Source: Thraustochytrium aureum (lineage: Eukaryota). Taken from it: 64,000 nt of DNA. The DNA is taken from contig BLSG01000402.1 in the NCBI GenBank assembly GCA_012862495.1, positions 606,559 to 670,558 on the forward strand. The letters run 5' to 3'. Positions 52,455 through 62,171 of this stretch are shown here, one piece after another (positions within the stretch are counted from its first letter, which is position 1; each line of letters opens with the position of its first letter). A model generated the notes under the pieces. The model saw only the letters and a program-made list of their open reading frames with translations, had not been told where the DNA came from and did not search any database. The position numbers and the translations under genes were made by a program.

Positions 52455-54383
52455 ATGGCCGAGTCTGTTGTGGCACTGATAAAGGCGGCAAAGGATCTGC
52501 GAGCCACGGCGAAGAAGGCCAAGAACCTTGGGGACGAAGCGAAGGACATCGTTGACACGGTCGAGGCAGTGATAGAGAACCTCGAGCTGATTCCACCCGG
52601 CCCGCTGAGCGAGAAAAATGGACAGTACATCCGCCAGCTCAGCGGAATGGTCAGCAGTTTGGAAAGCGCGTTTGCAGCAATGTCGAAGAGCAAGCTGGAC
52701 CTGCTCTGGGCAATGATAATGTTCAAGCGCAACAAGCGCAAGGTCCGACAACTAAACGAGAAGCTCATGAGAATGATGCTGATGATTCTGGTGGACGCCA
52801 GTATCAAGCCAAGCGATAGGCTTGAGAGGTTGGAGTCGTCATCGGGAGACCTTGCGGACGGCGATCAAGACGAGGAGGACGACGCAGAGGTTCTTACCTC
52901 GCTTCGCAGCATCTGTACGAGGGATTCGTCGCTGCTGTCTTACTCAGAAGAAACCGTCATTGGCACTTCTTCCGCTGCGCGCGTCGTGCGGGGTGTCTTT
53001 GTAGAGTCTGACGTTGCTGTCAAGATCATCCACATCAGTGGTGAGAAGAGCTCGCTGGAGGAGGAGCTGGAGGTCTTTCGTGCTGTTGCCGAGTGGAGGC
53101 ACTTTCACAACGAGTTCATGGCCCTCTGCCACGGCGTTGTCTCGCTTGGCGATCGCCATTCCGTCGCTGTCGTCGTTGACCTGGCTTCCTTTTCCCTGGC
53201 GGATTGCATCGGCACAGCACCAAGACAGAGCCTTAGTGACAACGAGATCCGTGCGGTCCTCGTAGACGCTGTGCGTGGGCTTGTCTTTCTGCACAGGGAG
53301 AAGCAGGCACATGGGCACTTGAAGCCGAACAATATCCTCGTCAAGGCCGGGCTTGGCCACCCCCGCGGGCTGCTGACGGACATCGGGATTAACAGCTCTC
53401 CGCATGACGCGCTTTACAGCCCTCCAGAGGCAGACATCTCGATCAAATCGGACATCTTCTCGCTCGGTGTGATCATTTTGGCGTGGCTTGCGCGTTCCGA
53501 CTTGTTTCCAAATCGTAGCGAGACAGATATCCGGAAGGCAATCGAGGGTGGCGAGCTTCCTACGCCCCATCCGAACGCTCCAAAACGACTCGTCGACCTT
53601 GCTCGGAGGTGCTGCGCCCTCAACCCTCTCGATCGCCCTCCAGTAGAAACCGTTCGAGTGACCTTGGCTTTGCCACTGCGGGAGCTCCCTCGAAGGCGTT
53701 CGTCTGGGCACACTGAGAGCTCGGATCAGCCGGCGCCTTTGCCGGAACCATCGGTTCCCCAACGACAAAGGCCCAAAACGATTCTCTGTTTGCTTATTGG
53801 CGACAAGGCAGCTTTGCTTCGAGAGCAACTCTATGCCAGTCTACAGGATCGCCCCCAACCACGCGAGACCGAACCGGCTTTGCTAGCTGGCACCGGTCGG
53901 TTCCAACAAACGGAAATCAAGGTCGAGGTTGAAGGCCACACTGCGCGAGTCCGAATCCGCTGCGTGCGGGCCGAGTGGGACGGAAAGGATGCACAAGCTT
54001 TGGGCAGGCTCACTGGAACCAGAGACAGGCCTCCAGCAACGGCCATCATTTCCTACAACACATCCGACGAGGCAAAAGCGTGGGCTGCCCGGGCTGCCCG
54101 CGCGATTCGCAACGAGCATCCGCGTACAATCATCACTCTCGTTGGCTCCGCTGACGAAGCCGAAGCCGGCGGCGAGGACGAGATCGATCGCGTCACGGCA
54201 GAGCTTGGCATTCTCTCGAACGTCTTTGATGGGTCACGAAGCGTCACTAACGCGATTCTGCACGAGGCTGTACTCCACACTCTGACCGAAGCGCAAGACA
54301 ACGACCCCAGCGCGGGGCCTCGATCGTCGCTGCGTCGATCGCTTGGGCGGCTTGCTGGGCGCATTTCTGGACAGCGCAGCTGA
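52455..54383 (+). CDS. MLKL-like protein: N-terminal helical bundle + pseudokinase + degenerate Ras/Rho-like domain
   Basis: About 120-aa amphipathic helical N-terminus; kinase fold with VAVK, GLVFLH, HGHLKPNNILV (no catalytic Asp), TDIG, YSPPE, SDIFSLG, CC..NP.DRP; C-terminal ILCLLIGD, VEVEG, IITLVG. Confidence 0.75.
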   Translation: MAESVVALIKAAKDLRATAKKAKNLGDEAKDIVDTVEAVIENLELIPPGPLSEKNGQYIRQLSGMVSSLESAFAAMSKSKLDLLWAMIMFKRNKRKVRQLNEKLMRMMLMILVDASIKPSDRLERLESSSGDLADGDQDEEDDAEVLTSLRSICTRDSSLLSYSEETVIGTSSAARVVRGVFVESDVAVKIIHISGEKSSLEEELEVFRAVAEWRHFHNEFMALCHGVVSLGDRHSVAVVVDLASFSLADCIGTAPRQSLSDNEIRAVLVDAVRGLVFLHREKQAHGHLKPNNILVKAGLGHPRGLLTDIGINSSPHDALYSPPEADISIKSDIFSLGVIILAWLARSDLFPNRSETDIRKAIEGGELPTPHPNAPKRLVDLARRCCALNPLDRPPVETVRVTLALPLRELPRRRSSGHTESSDQPAPLPEPSVPQRQRPKTILCLLIGDKAALLREQLYASLQDRPQPRETEPALLAGTGRFQQTEIKVEVEGHTARVRIRCVRAEWDGKDAQALGRLTGTRDRPPATAIISYNTSDEAKAWAARAARAIRNEHPRTIITLVGSADEAEAGGEDEIDRVTAELGILSNVFDGSRSVTNAILHEAVLHTLTEAQDNDPSAGPRSSLRRSLGRLAGRISGQRS

Positions 54384-54467
54384 GACATGTAAAACATTTT
54401 GATCGCAGTCTCTCGCCTTACTACTTGGCGGCACATCCGCCCAAAACCCTCAGCTACACCATGCCGG

Positions 54468-55427
54468 TCACTGGTAGAGCTTGATGAGCTCATCTGAAAC
54501 GGCCGAAGGCGTCAGCACGCCCAAGTCTGTGAAAATCAGCGTGATGTAAGCCGGCGGCGTGTAGTCAGTCAAGGGGTTTTCCACCAGGACGCCAGCTGCC
54601 TCGAGCTCGACACGGGCTCCTTCGTCGACGATGCTGGGGTCGTCACGCCTCTCCGGGGCGCGGTGATCCATGGCTGCCACCTCTCGCTGGCTCAGCGGAA
54701 AGGTGCGGGAAAACTTGAAGCTCTCGGCCGCGACGTAGAATGGCTTCATGTGCGCCTTGGCCATCACAGCAAGAGGATAGGTGCCGATTCGGTTTGCGAC
54801 GCCGCCATTCTCCATGATGCCTTCCGCGCCAACCACGACCAGATCGACACGCTCCATAACAAAGCCCACAGCGGAGTCGGGGACAACGGCGACCGGTATC
54901 CCCATCGCGGCCACGGTCTTGGCGAATCGGCAGCCCTCTGGCTTGCCCTCCATCACAATCGCGTCAAAGTTGCGTCCCTTTTCCAGCGCGCGACGCAGCA
55001 CAGTCACCACTGCGCGAGAGTACCCGTGGCAGAGGACGGTTTGGCCATCACCGATAAACTTTGCACCAAAGCGAGCGACGCGGTCGCGGCTGGCCACGAG
55101 ACGCTCGGCGAAGAGCTCGCCCCGTTGGATCAGCACACCTTTGAGGGCCTCGAAGTCGCCTTGCAGCACAAGGGCGCTCGAGCTGCGCGTCACGAACTTG
55201 AGAAACATCTCGCACGCCGCTTGCACGGGCACGGAAAAGTGCGCCCCAAAGCTCTCTCTCCCGTGCAGTGTCAGCTGCTGCGCCGCGTCGCGCAGCTCGT
55301 CGCCCAGACCCATGAGCGTCGCTGCGCGAGTAGCGACTAGCACGCCTCTCAGCGCCTTGATGGCAGCGATTGGCGGGGACACATCCGCCTCGCCGAGGGC
55401 GCGCGTGAAGTCGTCGACCACGCCCAT
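54468..55427 (-). CDS. EIF2B1: Translation initiation factor eIF2B alpha subunit
   Basis: IAAIKAL, FIGDGQTVLCHGYSRAV, VVVGAEGIMENGGVANRIGTY, KPFYVAAESFKFSR.FPL.Q, DYTPPAYITLIFTDLGVLTPSAVSDELIKLY. Confidence 0.95.
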   Translation of the reverse strand: MGVVDDFTRALGEADVSPPIAAIKALRGVLVATRAATLMGLGDELRDAAQQLTLHGRESFGAHFSVPVQAACEMFLKFVTRSSSALVLQGDFEALKGVLIQRGELFAERLVASRDRVARFGAKFIGDGQTVLCHGYSRAVVTVLRRALEKGRNFDAIVMEGKPEGCRFAKTVAAMGIPVAVVPDSAVGFVMERVDLVVVGAEGIMENGGVANRIGTYPLAVMAKAHMKPFYVAAESFKFSRTFPLSQREVAAMDHRAPERRDDPSIVDEGARVELEAAGVLVENPLTDYTPPAYITLIFTDLGVLTPSAVSDELIKLYQ

Positions 55428-55981
55428 CGCGCGTCTGGCCCAACCCTTCCAGGTTGCTCCTGCCCAACTCTCCTGTGGAACGCGCTGTGGAACACGCGGC
55501 GTCAGCCCGCCTGGTGCCGGGACCTGGCCGCCAGTGCGTCGAACGTCCTTGGGGGTCGAGGCTTACGCTGTCCTGTTGCTCGCGCTGTTGCTTGCGCTGT
55601 TGCTTGTCCTGTTGCTTGTTTGGTGGTGTCGAGATCGATCCAAGGTCGTTCGTGTGGCGCAGAGAGAGCGCGAAGCCGCTGCTCGGGTTTCGGGTCGATC
55701 CTCTGCCATTGGCCCGTGCCAGCCCAGCCACCAAGAGGGCAGGTGAGGACTCTGGAGCAAGCACATAGCTTTACAGCTACAGCTGTACTCAATTGAAAGT
55801 AGAGCAAGAAGCGCACTCTGCTGGTGCTCGGCAAGTCGCTGGCTAATCGACCGCCCGTTGAAAGGCTTCGAAGCGCAGTGCGACCAGGACCGAATTGATT
55901 CCTTCTCGAGCACTCTCCAACCAGGCTGGTTGGTTCGTTGAAGAGCGACTTGTATGTGCAATTTCTTACTCGAGTACTCAC

Positions 55982-58264
55982 TTATGGCCCAGGGCTCGCA
56001 TGCTGCACCGAGTCGCCGTCAAGGATGGGCCATTGAAAGCCGCCGGAAAAGGCGGCCAGCGAAGCCTTGGCGTCTAACGTCGCGCCGCCCTCGAGCAACA
56101 CAACCTTGGGGTTGTCTGCAACAAGCAACTGCCAGGACGCTGACTCAACTCTGAGGTCGAGGTGAAGCAGCTCTCGCTGCACGGCTTGGATTGAAATTGT
56201 GGGCCGGTACGCACGGCACGCGTCCTGCAGCGAGCGGTACCGGACAAAGTCCACCAGGAGATCCATTAGCTTGCGACCCAGGCCAGGGGCGCGCTCGCGC
56301 AGCCTGAAAAAAAAGCTGTGAACGCGCCTCTCGATAGCGCTTTGCACGGCAAGCGCGTGGCGCACGCCGAAACAGTCGCGTACGTCTGAAGGCATCGCTG
56401 CCAACAGGCCAGATAGCTCAGACTTGGGCTGCCCATACTTGTAGTGAATGTACAAGAGGTACAGAACGTTGTAGCCTGCAAACTCTTCCCTGCCCGGCTC
56501 CTTGCCGAGCTCGGGCTCGAGATACAAGTCCTGCAGCTGCGTCATGCACTGGTTAAACTCTTTGAGGTCAGCCTCCTCAAGCGCGATTCTCGCGTGCGCT
56601 TCGTAAACCTTGACAGTGAACTGGTTCTTGATGTGCTGAATGGTCAGGTCCTGCCGAATCGACTTGAGCTGCTCGCAGATCCAAAGGTACGCGCACCCTG
56701 GCACTTCCCTTGCCTCTACCCGCTCACGTGAGGCTCGGTTTTGCGCCGACTTGACCCATCGCTCGACCGCCCAGGCCAGTGCGCGCTCAAGCACGTCTTG
56801 CGGGCGGACAGTGTCTGGGTCTGGAACCCCGGTGAGGCGCAGGTACCGCTTTTCAAGTGTCTGACAGGTTCCCTTGACTGCAAACGAGCTCAGGTCCAGC
56901 TCCTCGCCTTCATCTTGAGCGCGCCGCATCGCTCGGTGCACCATCCGCGCCTGCCGCGTCGCTGCGAGCGGGTCGAACGGCGTGCTGGACGTAGCCATCG
57001 CCGAATCTCGCGAGTCTGCTTCAAAGCGAGCTGCGCGCCGGTTGCGCGCCTGGATTTCAGCTCGCGTCAGCTCCCCGCCTTCATTCCCTGATCCGCGCTG
57101 CTTTCCCACGGGTCTGTCTCTGCCAGGACGCAGAGGAGCGCCAGAGTCACGGCCGTGAGAGGCGTACTGCCCCCAACGAGGGCTTTTCTTCGTTGGGCTG
57201 CCCAACGCGTCGCCCCACGCCGACGTAGCCACGGTCTCGGTTGGCCGGTCTACCGCCGGTGCATTCTCCCAGCGCCGCTTTCGTGGGGCATCGCGTCTGC
57301 TGGCACTGTTGCTCTGCTCCCGTTGCGCTAGGATCCTGGCCAGTGGCGTCGGCTCGGCGTCCCAGTCGTGCTTCCAAAGCTCGCCAGAGCGGACCTTGTG
57401 CTCTACAGCGCGCTCAAGTTCCAGTTCCATCTCTTTGGCAAGACCGGCTTGCTTGCCCTCTGCGAACGCGCGTTCCAAAAACGCTTTCAGCGATGGCGGC
57501 CAGGTCTGGGGTCCTGTGGGCGACGGGGTCCTCCTCGCTGTGGCGGCGGCCTCCCCAAGCCGGCTCGCTTCCGCCAGGTGCTGTTGGTGCTGCTGGCGCT
57601 GTTGGGGCGGCTGGACCTCGTTCCAGCTGCCCCAGCGGGGTCCATGGCCCCATCCTCCAGGCTGTGAAATGACCGTGGTGTCTACTTGGCTTTCGGCACC
57701 CCATTGCTGCTGGGCTACGTGCGCAGGCGGAGCAGGCTGGGGCGGCGCTTGTGCTTGCGTGGAAGCGATTTTATATTGTTGGGCTGGCGTCGCTTGTTGG
57801 GCTGGCGTCGTTTGTTGGGCTGGCGTCGCCTGGTGGCTGCCAACTGGAGGCCACACCGCCGGGCGCTCACTTGGGTATTTCAAGTAGTACTCTTCCCATT
57901 CCTGCAAACGTTTGTTGTACGCTGCCCACTGGGCAGCGTTGTCGGCGGCTTCACCAGCTTGGATTTGAGGTGCCCCATTCTGTTGGTGATGCTGGGCCTG
58001 GCTCTGCCAAGTGCCGCGAGCATGCCCTCCATCCCAGGACCCCCACGCTTGGTGTTCCCACGAAGGTAGCTGGCTTCCACCGTGCCCACTGGCGCCAGGC
58101 GCTTGACCACTCTGTGAAATTCCAGTCCACGTTGCCCCGGCGCCCCTGCTGTACCCGGCAGAACTTGGGTTTTGCTGCTGCCAGCGCGCCTCGCGTTGAG
58201 CTTGCGCGATGTGTGTCGGCGGCCCTCGTGCCCAGGCCCCCTGCGCGTTTGCGCCGCGGTCCAT
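55982..58264 (-). CDS. LENG8: SAC3/GANP/THP3-family protein (LENG8/Thp3-like)
   Basis: WPPSLKAFLERAF, VKGTCQTLEKRYLRLT..PDP..VRP, EQLKSIRQDLTIQHIKNQFTVKVYEAHARIALE..D..EFNQC; Q/P-rich N-terminus. Confidence 0.88.
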   Translation of the reverse strand: MDRGANAQGAWARGPPTHIAQAQREARWQQQNPSSAGYSRGAGATWTGISQSGQAPGASGHGGSQLPSWEHQAWGSWDGGHARGTWQSQAQHHQQNGAPQIQAGEAADNAAQWAAYNKRLQEWEEYYLKYPSERPAVWPPVGSHQATPAQQTTPAQQATPAQQYKIASTQAQAPPQPAPPAHVAQQQWGAESQVDTTVISQPGGWGHGPRWGSWNEVQPPQQRQQHQQHLAEASRLGEAAATARRTPSPTGPQTWPPSLKAFLERAFAEGKQAGLAKEMELELERAVEHKVRSGELWKHDWDAEPTPLARILAQREQSNSASRRDAPRKRRWENAPAVDRPTETVATSAWGDALGSPTKKSPRWGQYASHGRDSGAPLRPGRDRPVGKQRGSGNEGGELTRAEIQARNRRAARFEADSRDSAMATSSTPFDPLAATRQARMVHRAMRRAQDEGEELDLSSFAVKGTCQTLEKRYLRLTGVPDPDTVRPQDVLERALAWAVERWVKSAQNRASRERVEAREVPGCAYLWICEQLKSIRQDLTIQHIKNQFTVKVYEAHARIALEEADLKEFNQCMTQLQDLYLEPELGKEPGREEFAGYNVLYLLYIHYKYGQPKSELSGLLAAMPSDVRDCFGVRHALAVQSAIERRVHSFFFRLRERAPGLGRKLMDLLVDFVRYRSLQDACRAYRPTISIQAVQRELLHLDLRVESASWQLLVADNPKVVLLEGGATLDAKASLAAFSGGFQWPILDGDSVQHASPGP

Positions 58265-58507
58265 GCCCGCACAAGCCGCGCGCGCGGCGCGAGCCCGCCA
58301 GGCAGGAGCTCGGTCTATCTACCAACCAGCCTGCCAGGTGCCTTAGCGACCAGGTGCCTTGCGGCGGCCGCGGAAGCGCTGGGTCGCCGGCCCAAAGCGC
58401 GTCTGCTCCCTTTGGATGTCCTTCTGCCACACGCCATACACAAGCGAACAGAGCCCGAACAGGTCCCGCAGGAAAGGAAGAGAAAAGCCCAACCAACTCG
58501 TCCTGCC

Positions 58508-59749
58508 ATGGCGGCCACGCAAGGGCGCCGACTTGTGGCACGGCTGGGACAGCAGGTGGTGCGCGGCCATGCTTCTGCTGGCGCCACGAGGGCACCTGCG
58601 CCTAACGGCTCGCGGGCGCGCAGGTGGTCCAGAGCCGCGGCCACGCTCTCACCTCTTGCTCCCGTGTTCCTTGGCGTGCCAGTCGTCTACTATGTACCGA
58701 TGTTCGCCGAAACGCGCGAAGCCGTGTACATGGCCGTCAACTACCCCTACGACGTGCTGTACCGAAATGGGTGGGAAGAGGGCGCCTGGAAAGCGGCTGT
58801 CGGGCTCTCGGGCCTGACAGCGGCCTTCACCTCAGTGCGCGCAATCGCCATCAACGCGCACGTCATGAGCAACGTCGCAAGAACGGGTCTGTCACTGTTT
58901 GCCGGCGTCTTGACGGCCATGCTTTGCATCGATCAGAGCGGGCTGATCGTGTCTGCCGCGGTGCGCACCAGCAAGCTGTTCAAATACGGAATTGATGGCT
59001 TCATCGCAGACGTGGTCGGCAGACCGCCTGGCGGGCGGCCAGTTTGGGAAGAAAACGACAACATCACGAGACAAGGCATCGAGCTCTTGAAGGCGACTAG
59101 AGCCGCCCGCGCCGGTCCTGCAACAAGCATAAACGACGCAGCGGCCGCCAGGGAATCGCTGCTCGACAGCATCAGCTCATGGCCCTTTGATCGCGTAGCA
59201 GACGCTCTTCAGCAGGTGGAGAGTGGTGCGGACACGATCCTCGCTGATGCCGATGTGCAGAGCGAGCTCCGCGAGCGCCACCGCCGTCTCTTGGTGCGCC
59301 AGCTCGCAGAGCTCCGGCGCGAGCAAGAGCTGCTGCTTTCGCGGCGTGAAGCAACGCGGCTTCGTGCCGCCTCCGTGCTTGGCGACCGCTCTGAGCGGCT
59401 TCGTGCAAAGCGCGCCAACGACGAGCTCGAGGCGCGAGTGGCCGAGCTCGACGCTGCAAAGCAGGCTTTGAAAGACTCGTGCAAGCAGGTGCACGGCACC
59501 AGACTTAGCACCGTCTGGGACGAGCAGCTCCAGGGCGCAGTGGACCGCCTAAGCGAGCTGCGTCTCTGTCAGCGGGACCTTGCATACAGGGCGCACGGCG
59601 CGGGCGCAGACATGGCGCTCGTTCTCAGGCAGGAGCTTCGCGACATGGACGCCGAGAAGCGCAGGCTCAAGCGGGAGTCCAAGGAGGTATTCGGGGAGCG
59701 CATTGCGGGTCGCGCGAAGTCCGTTGAGCGCTGGGACCGTATACTTTAG
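58508..59749 (+). CDS. Hypothetical protein with putative mitochondrial presequence, TM segments and C-terminal coiled coil
   Basis: Arg/Ala-rich, acid-free N-terminus; hydrophobic segments; repeated LAEL..Q..L...EL...D..K..LK..K motif. Confidence 0.65.
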   Translation: MAATQGRRLVARLGQQVVRGHASAGATRAPAPNGSRARRWSRAAATLSPLAPVFLGVPVVYYVPMFAETREAVYMAVNYPYDVLYRNGWEEGAWKAAVGLSGLTAAFTSVRAIAINAHVMSNVARTGLSLFAGVLTAMLCIDQSGLIVSAAVRTSKLFKYGIDGFIADVVGRPPGGRPVWEENDNITRQGIELLKATRAARAGPATSINDAAAARESLLDSISSWPFDRVADALQQVESGADTILADADVQSELRERHRRLLVRQLAELRREQELLLSRREATRLRAASVLGDRSERLRAKRANDELEARVAELDAAKQALKDSCKQVHGTRLSTVWDEQLQGAVDRLSELRLCQRDLAYRAHGAGADMALVLRQELRDMDAEKRRLKRESKEVFGERIAGRAKSVERWDRIL

Positions 59750-59898
59750 AAAAGTAAGTTGACGCTGAGCCAGCTTCTCTTGATGTCCAGACCCATCTTG
59801 TTCATGCCCGAATGGGGTGTTGATTCTCCATGGCATGGGGTTAAAACTACGGAGAAAGTCTTTGAGCTCAGCTGCCTCCATGGGCAGCCAGTGGCGGG

Positions 59899-60397
59899 NN
59901 NNNNNNNNNNNNNNNNNNNNNNNNNNNNNNNNNNNNNNNNNNNNNNNNNNNNNNNNNNNNNNNNNNNNNNNNNNNNNNNNNNNNNNNNNNNNNNNNNNNN
60001 NNNNNNNNNNNNNNNNNNNNNNNNNNNNNNNNNNNNNNNNNNNNNNNNNNNNNNNNNNNNNNNNNNNNNNNNNNNNNNNNNNNNNNNNNNNNNNNNNNNN
60101 NNNNNNNNNNNNNNNNNNNNNNNNNNNNNNNNNNNNNNNNNNNNNNNNNNNNNNNNNNNNNNNNNNNNNNNNNNNNNNNNNNNNNNNNNNNNNNNNNNNN
60201 NNNNNNNNNNNNNNNNNNNNNNNNNNNNNNNNNNNNNNNNNNNNNNNNNNNNNNNNNNNNNNNNNNNNNNNNNNNNNNNNNNNNNNNNNNNNNNNNNNNN
60301 NNNNNNNNNNNNNNNNNNNNNNNNNNNNNNNNNNNNNNNNNNNNNNNNNNNNNNNNNNNNNNNNNNNNNNNNNNNNNNNNNNNNNNNNNNNNNNNNN
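59899..60397. other. Assembly gap (N)
   Basis: Run of N. Confidence 1.
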
Positions 60398-60648
60398 AAG
60401 GATCCAAAACCGCTGAGCTGAGGCTCGCCAAGGTAGGCAAGCACTTCGTATAGCAAACATACGAAAACTCCACTACATCCGTGGCAAATTGTCGACGATC
60501 GACCACCCGCGGATCGAAATAGTTGCACCAAGCAACCGCTTGGTGGAGCTGCCGAAGACAACCAGCTGGAGCCTGCGTGCCCCTGCCACCAGTGGCCTTG
60601 ATCGCGAGGGTCTCATTTCACAATCAAAAGAAAGAACAAACAAAATGA

Positions 60649-60790
60649 TCAAACAACCTCCCATCTTTTAGCGCTACGTAGAGTAACACCACCAACCACA
60701 TGGAGTTTCAAACAACCTCCCATCTTTTAGCGTCGCGTAGAGTACTAGCTAGTAACAACCCACACAAATGGAGTACATCAAACAACCTTC
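60649..60790. repeat. AC-rich degenerate tandem repeat (unit ~59-70 bp, head TCAAACAACCT)
   Basis: TCAAACAACCT at 60649, 60708 and 60778; the first two copies share CCCATCTTTTAGCG..CGTAGAGTA. Confidence 0.85.
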
Positions 60791-61229
60791 GTGTGCCTTT
60801 CAGCTTCGCGAGGCGCCACGCCAAAGCCGAAAGCCAACCTGACCCCCTCGGGTGAAGTAGGAGTTTACAGGAACCAGATCCTACGCGTAGGGTCAATCTA
60901 TCAGGTTGCCCAGGCTCCCAATGCGGATGGCCGAGTTGGAGTCCGCGCCCCCGACGCAGTCGGGGAGTGGATTCCACTTGGCACTGTGCCCGGGACGCCG
61001 TTCCGCGAGGTCGGCTGAGCAGCCCGCACAATCTACACGATGACCCGCTCATAGCTGACGACGACGACGGTAAGGGGCTTGAGCGTTGCCGCCGCGGCTG
61101 TAGCGTTGCATGAAAGCGACGATTGGCGACCAGGCGCGGTCTGGGCCACTTGCGAGCAGCAGAAATTCACGAAACGTCAAGTTCGTTTTCTGCGTTTCCT
61201 TTCTACTAGTACCTGTATTTCTTTCCCCA

Positions 61230-62171
61230 TCACTTTTTACCAGAGCTAGCGCGGAGTGGCGTGTTGTCGTAGTCGCGCTCCACGCGCGTCTCCTCGGGTT
61301 CGTACTCGAGCATCCGGCGCCGGAGGTCAGTGAGCTGATCGGTTTTTTGCGCGAGCGTCTTGCGAAGCTGCATGAACTGCTTGGATGTCTTGAAGGCGCT
61401 CGAGACCTGATCAAAGTCAATTCCACGCTCGCTGAGCAACAACTCGCGTGCGTCGCCAAGTTCGGCCCGCAACTGCGCTGCCAGCTCGCGTTCTGCGTCC
61501 AGCTCGCATTGAAGGGCAATCACGCCGTCGCCTGCTGGGAAACCAGCCCCACTGCGAGTCTTGCTTGCGTCCTTCTCCTCAGCGGCGCCCAGCTTGGCAG
61601 CCTCCAGCTGCCGCCGCAACGACTCGATCTCGTAGGTCGCGTTGGACATTTGCTGGTTGACTCTGTCGCGCTCGTCGTTCAGGCGCTCGGTATCTTCACG
61701 AAGGCGGCGCACCTGCTCCTCAAGGCGCAAATTTTGGTCAACGATGCGTTGCTGCTCGTCGCGCAGGGACACAAGTCGCCCAGTCTTGCGCGAGCCGTTG
61801 CCAACTGGGGCCTCAACACGGATCTTCTCCACCTCCTCGATAAGATGGCTGTCCTCAATCTTGGATGTGTCCATTTGTAGCTCTATGTCCTGCGCGTCAG
61901 CGTCCTCCAAAAGCTGTTGGATTGCCAGCACGCTCATGTTGACTGTCCGTCTCAGGTCCTCTTCAAAACTAGACTTGACGGAGTCGCCTAGGCTCCGCAA
62001 GATGTCTGCGGCCTCATCGGAGCTCAGCAGCGAACCCGAGTCGAGTTGAGTTTCAACTGCATCCGTAAAAAGCTCTTGAACCTCGGAGACCTGAACCTCG
62101 CGCTTGTTCCGAAAAAACTTGATGTACTTGGCGATCTGCTCGCGATGGAACTCACTCAATCGGTGCGCCAT
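61230..62171 (-). CDS. LZTFL1: Leucine zipper transcription factor-like 1 (BBSome regulator, BBS17)
   Basis: LSEFHREQIAKYIKFFRNKR, F.D, L...DE...L..L...V, QLL..A...IEL.MD.S.IED..LI, coiled coil, F.....F..L...L..K..Q..DLRRR..EYE. Confidence 0.82.
   Translation of the reverse strand: MAHRLSEFHREQIAKYIKFFRNKREVQVSEVQELFTDAVETQLDSGSLLSSDEAADILRSLGDSVKSSFEEDLRRTVNMSVLAIQQLLEDADAQDIELQMDTSKIEDSHLIEEVEKIRVEAPVGNGSRKTGRLVSLRDEQQRIVDQNLRLEEQVRRLREDTERLNDERDRVNQQMSNATYEIESLRRQLEAAKLGAAEEKDASKTRSGAGFPAGDGVIALQCELDAERELAAQLRAELGDARELLLSERGIDFDQVSSAFKTSKQFMQLRKTLAQKTDQLTDLRRRMLEYEPEETRVERDYDNTPLRASSGKK

Noticed and set aside
60649..60790. Repeat-spacer-like pattern
   Set aside because: The intervening sequences resemble each other (CAAC..CAC..ATGGAGT), so it is a degenerate tandem repeat rather than a CRISPR array
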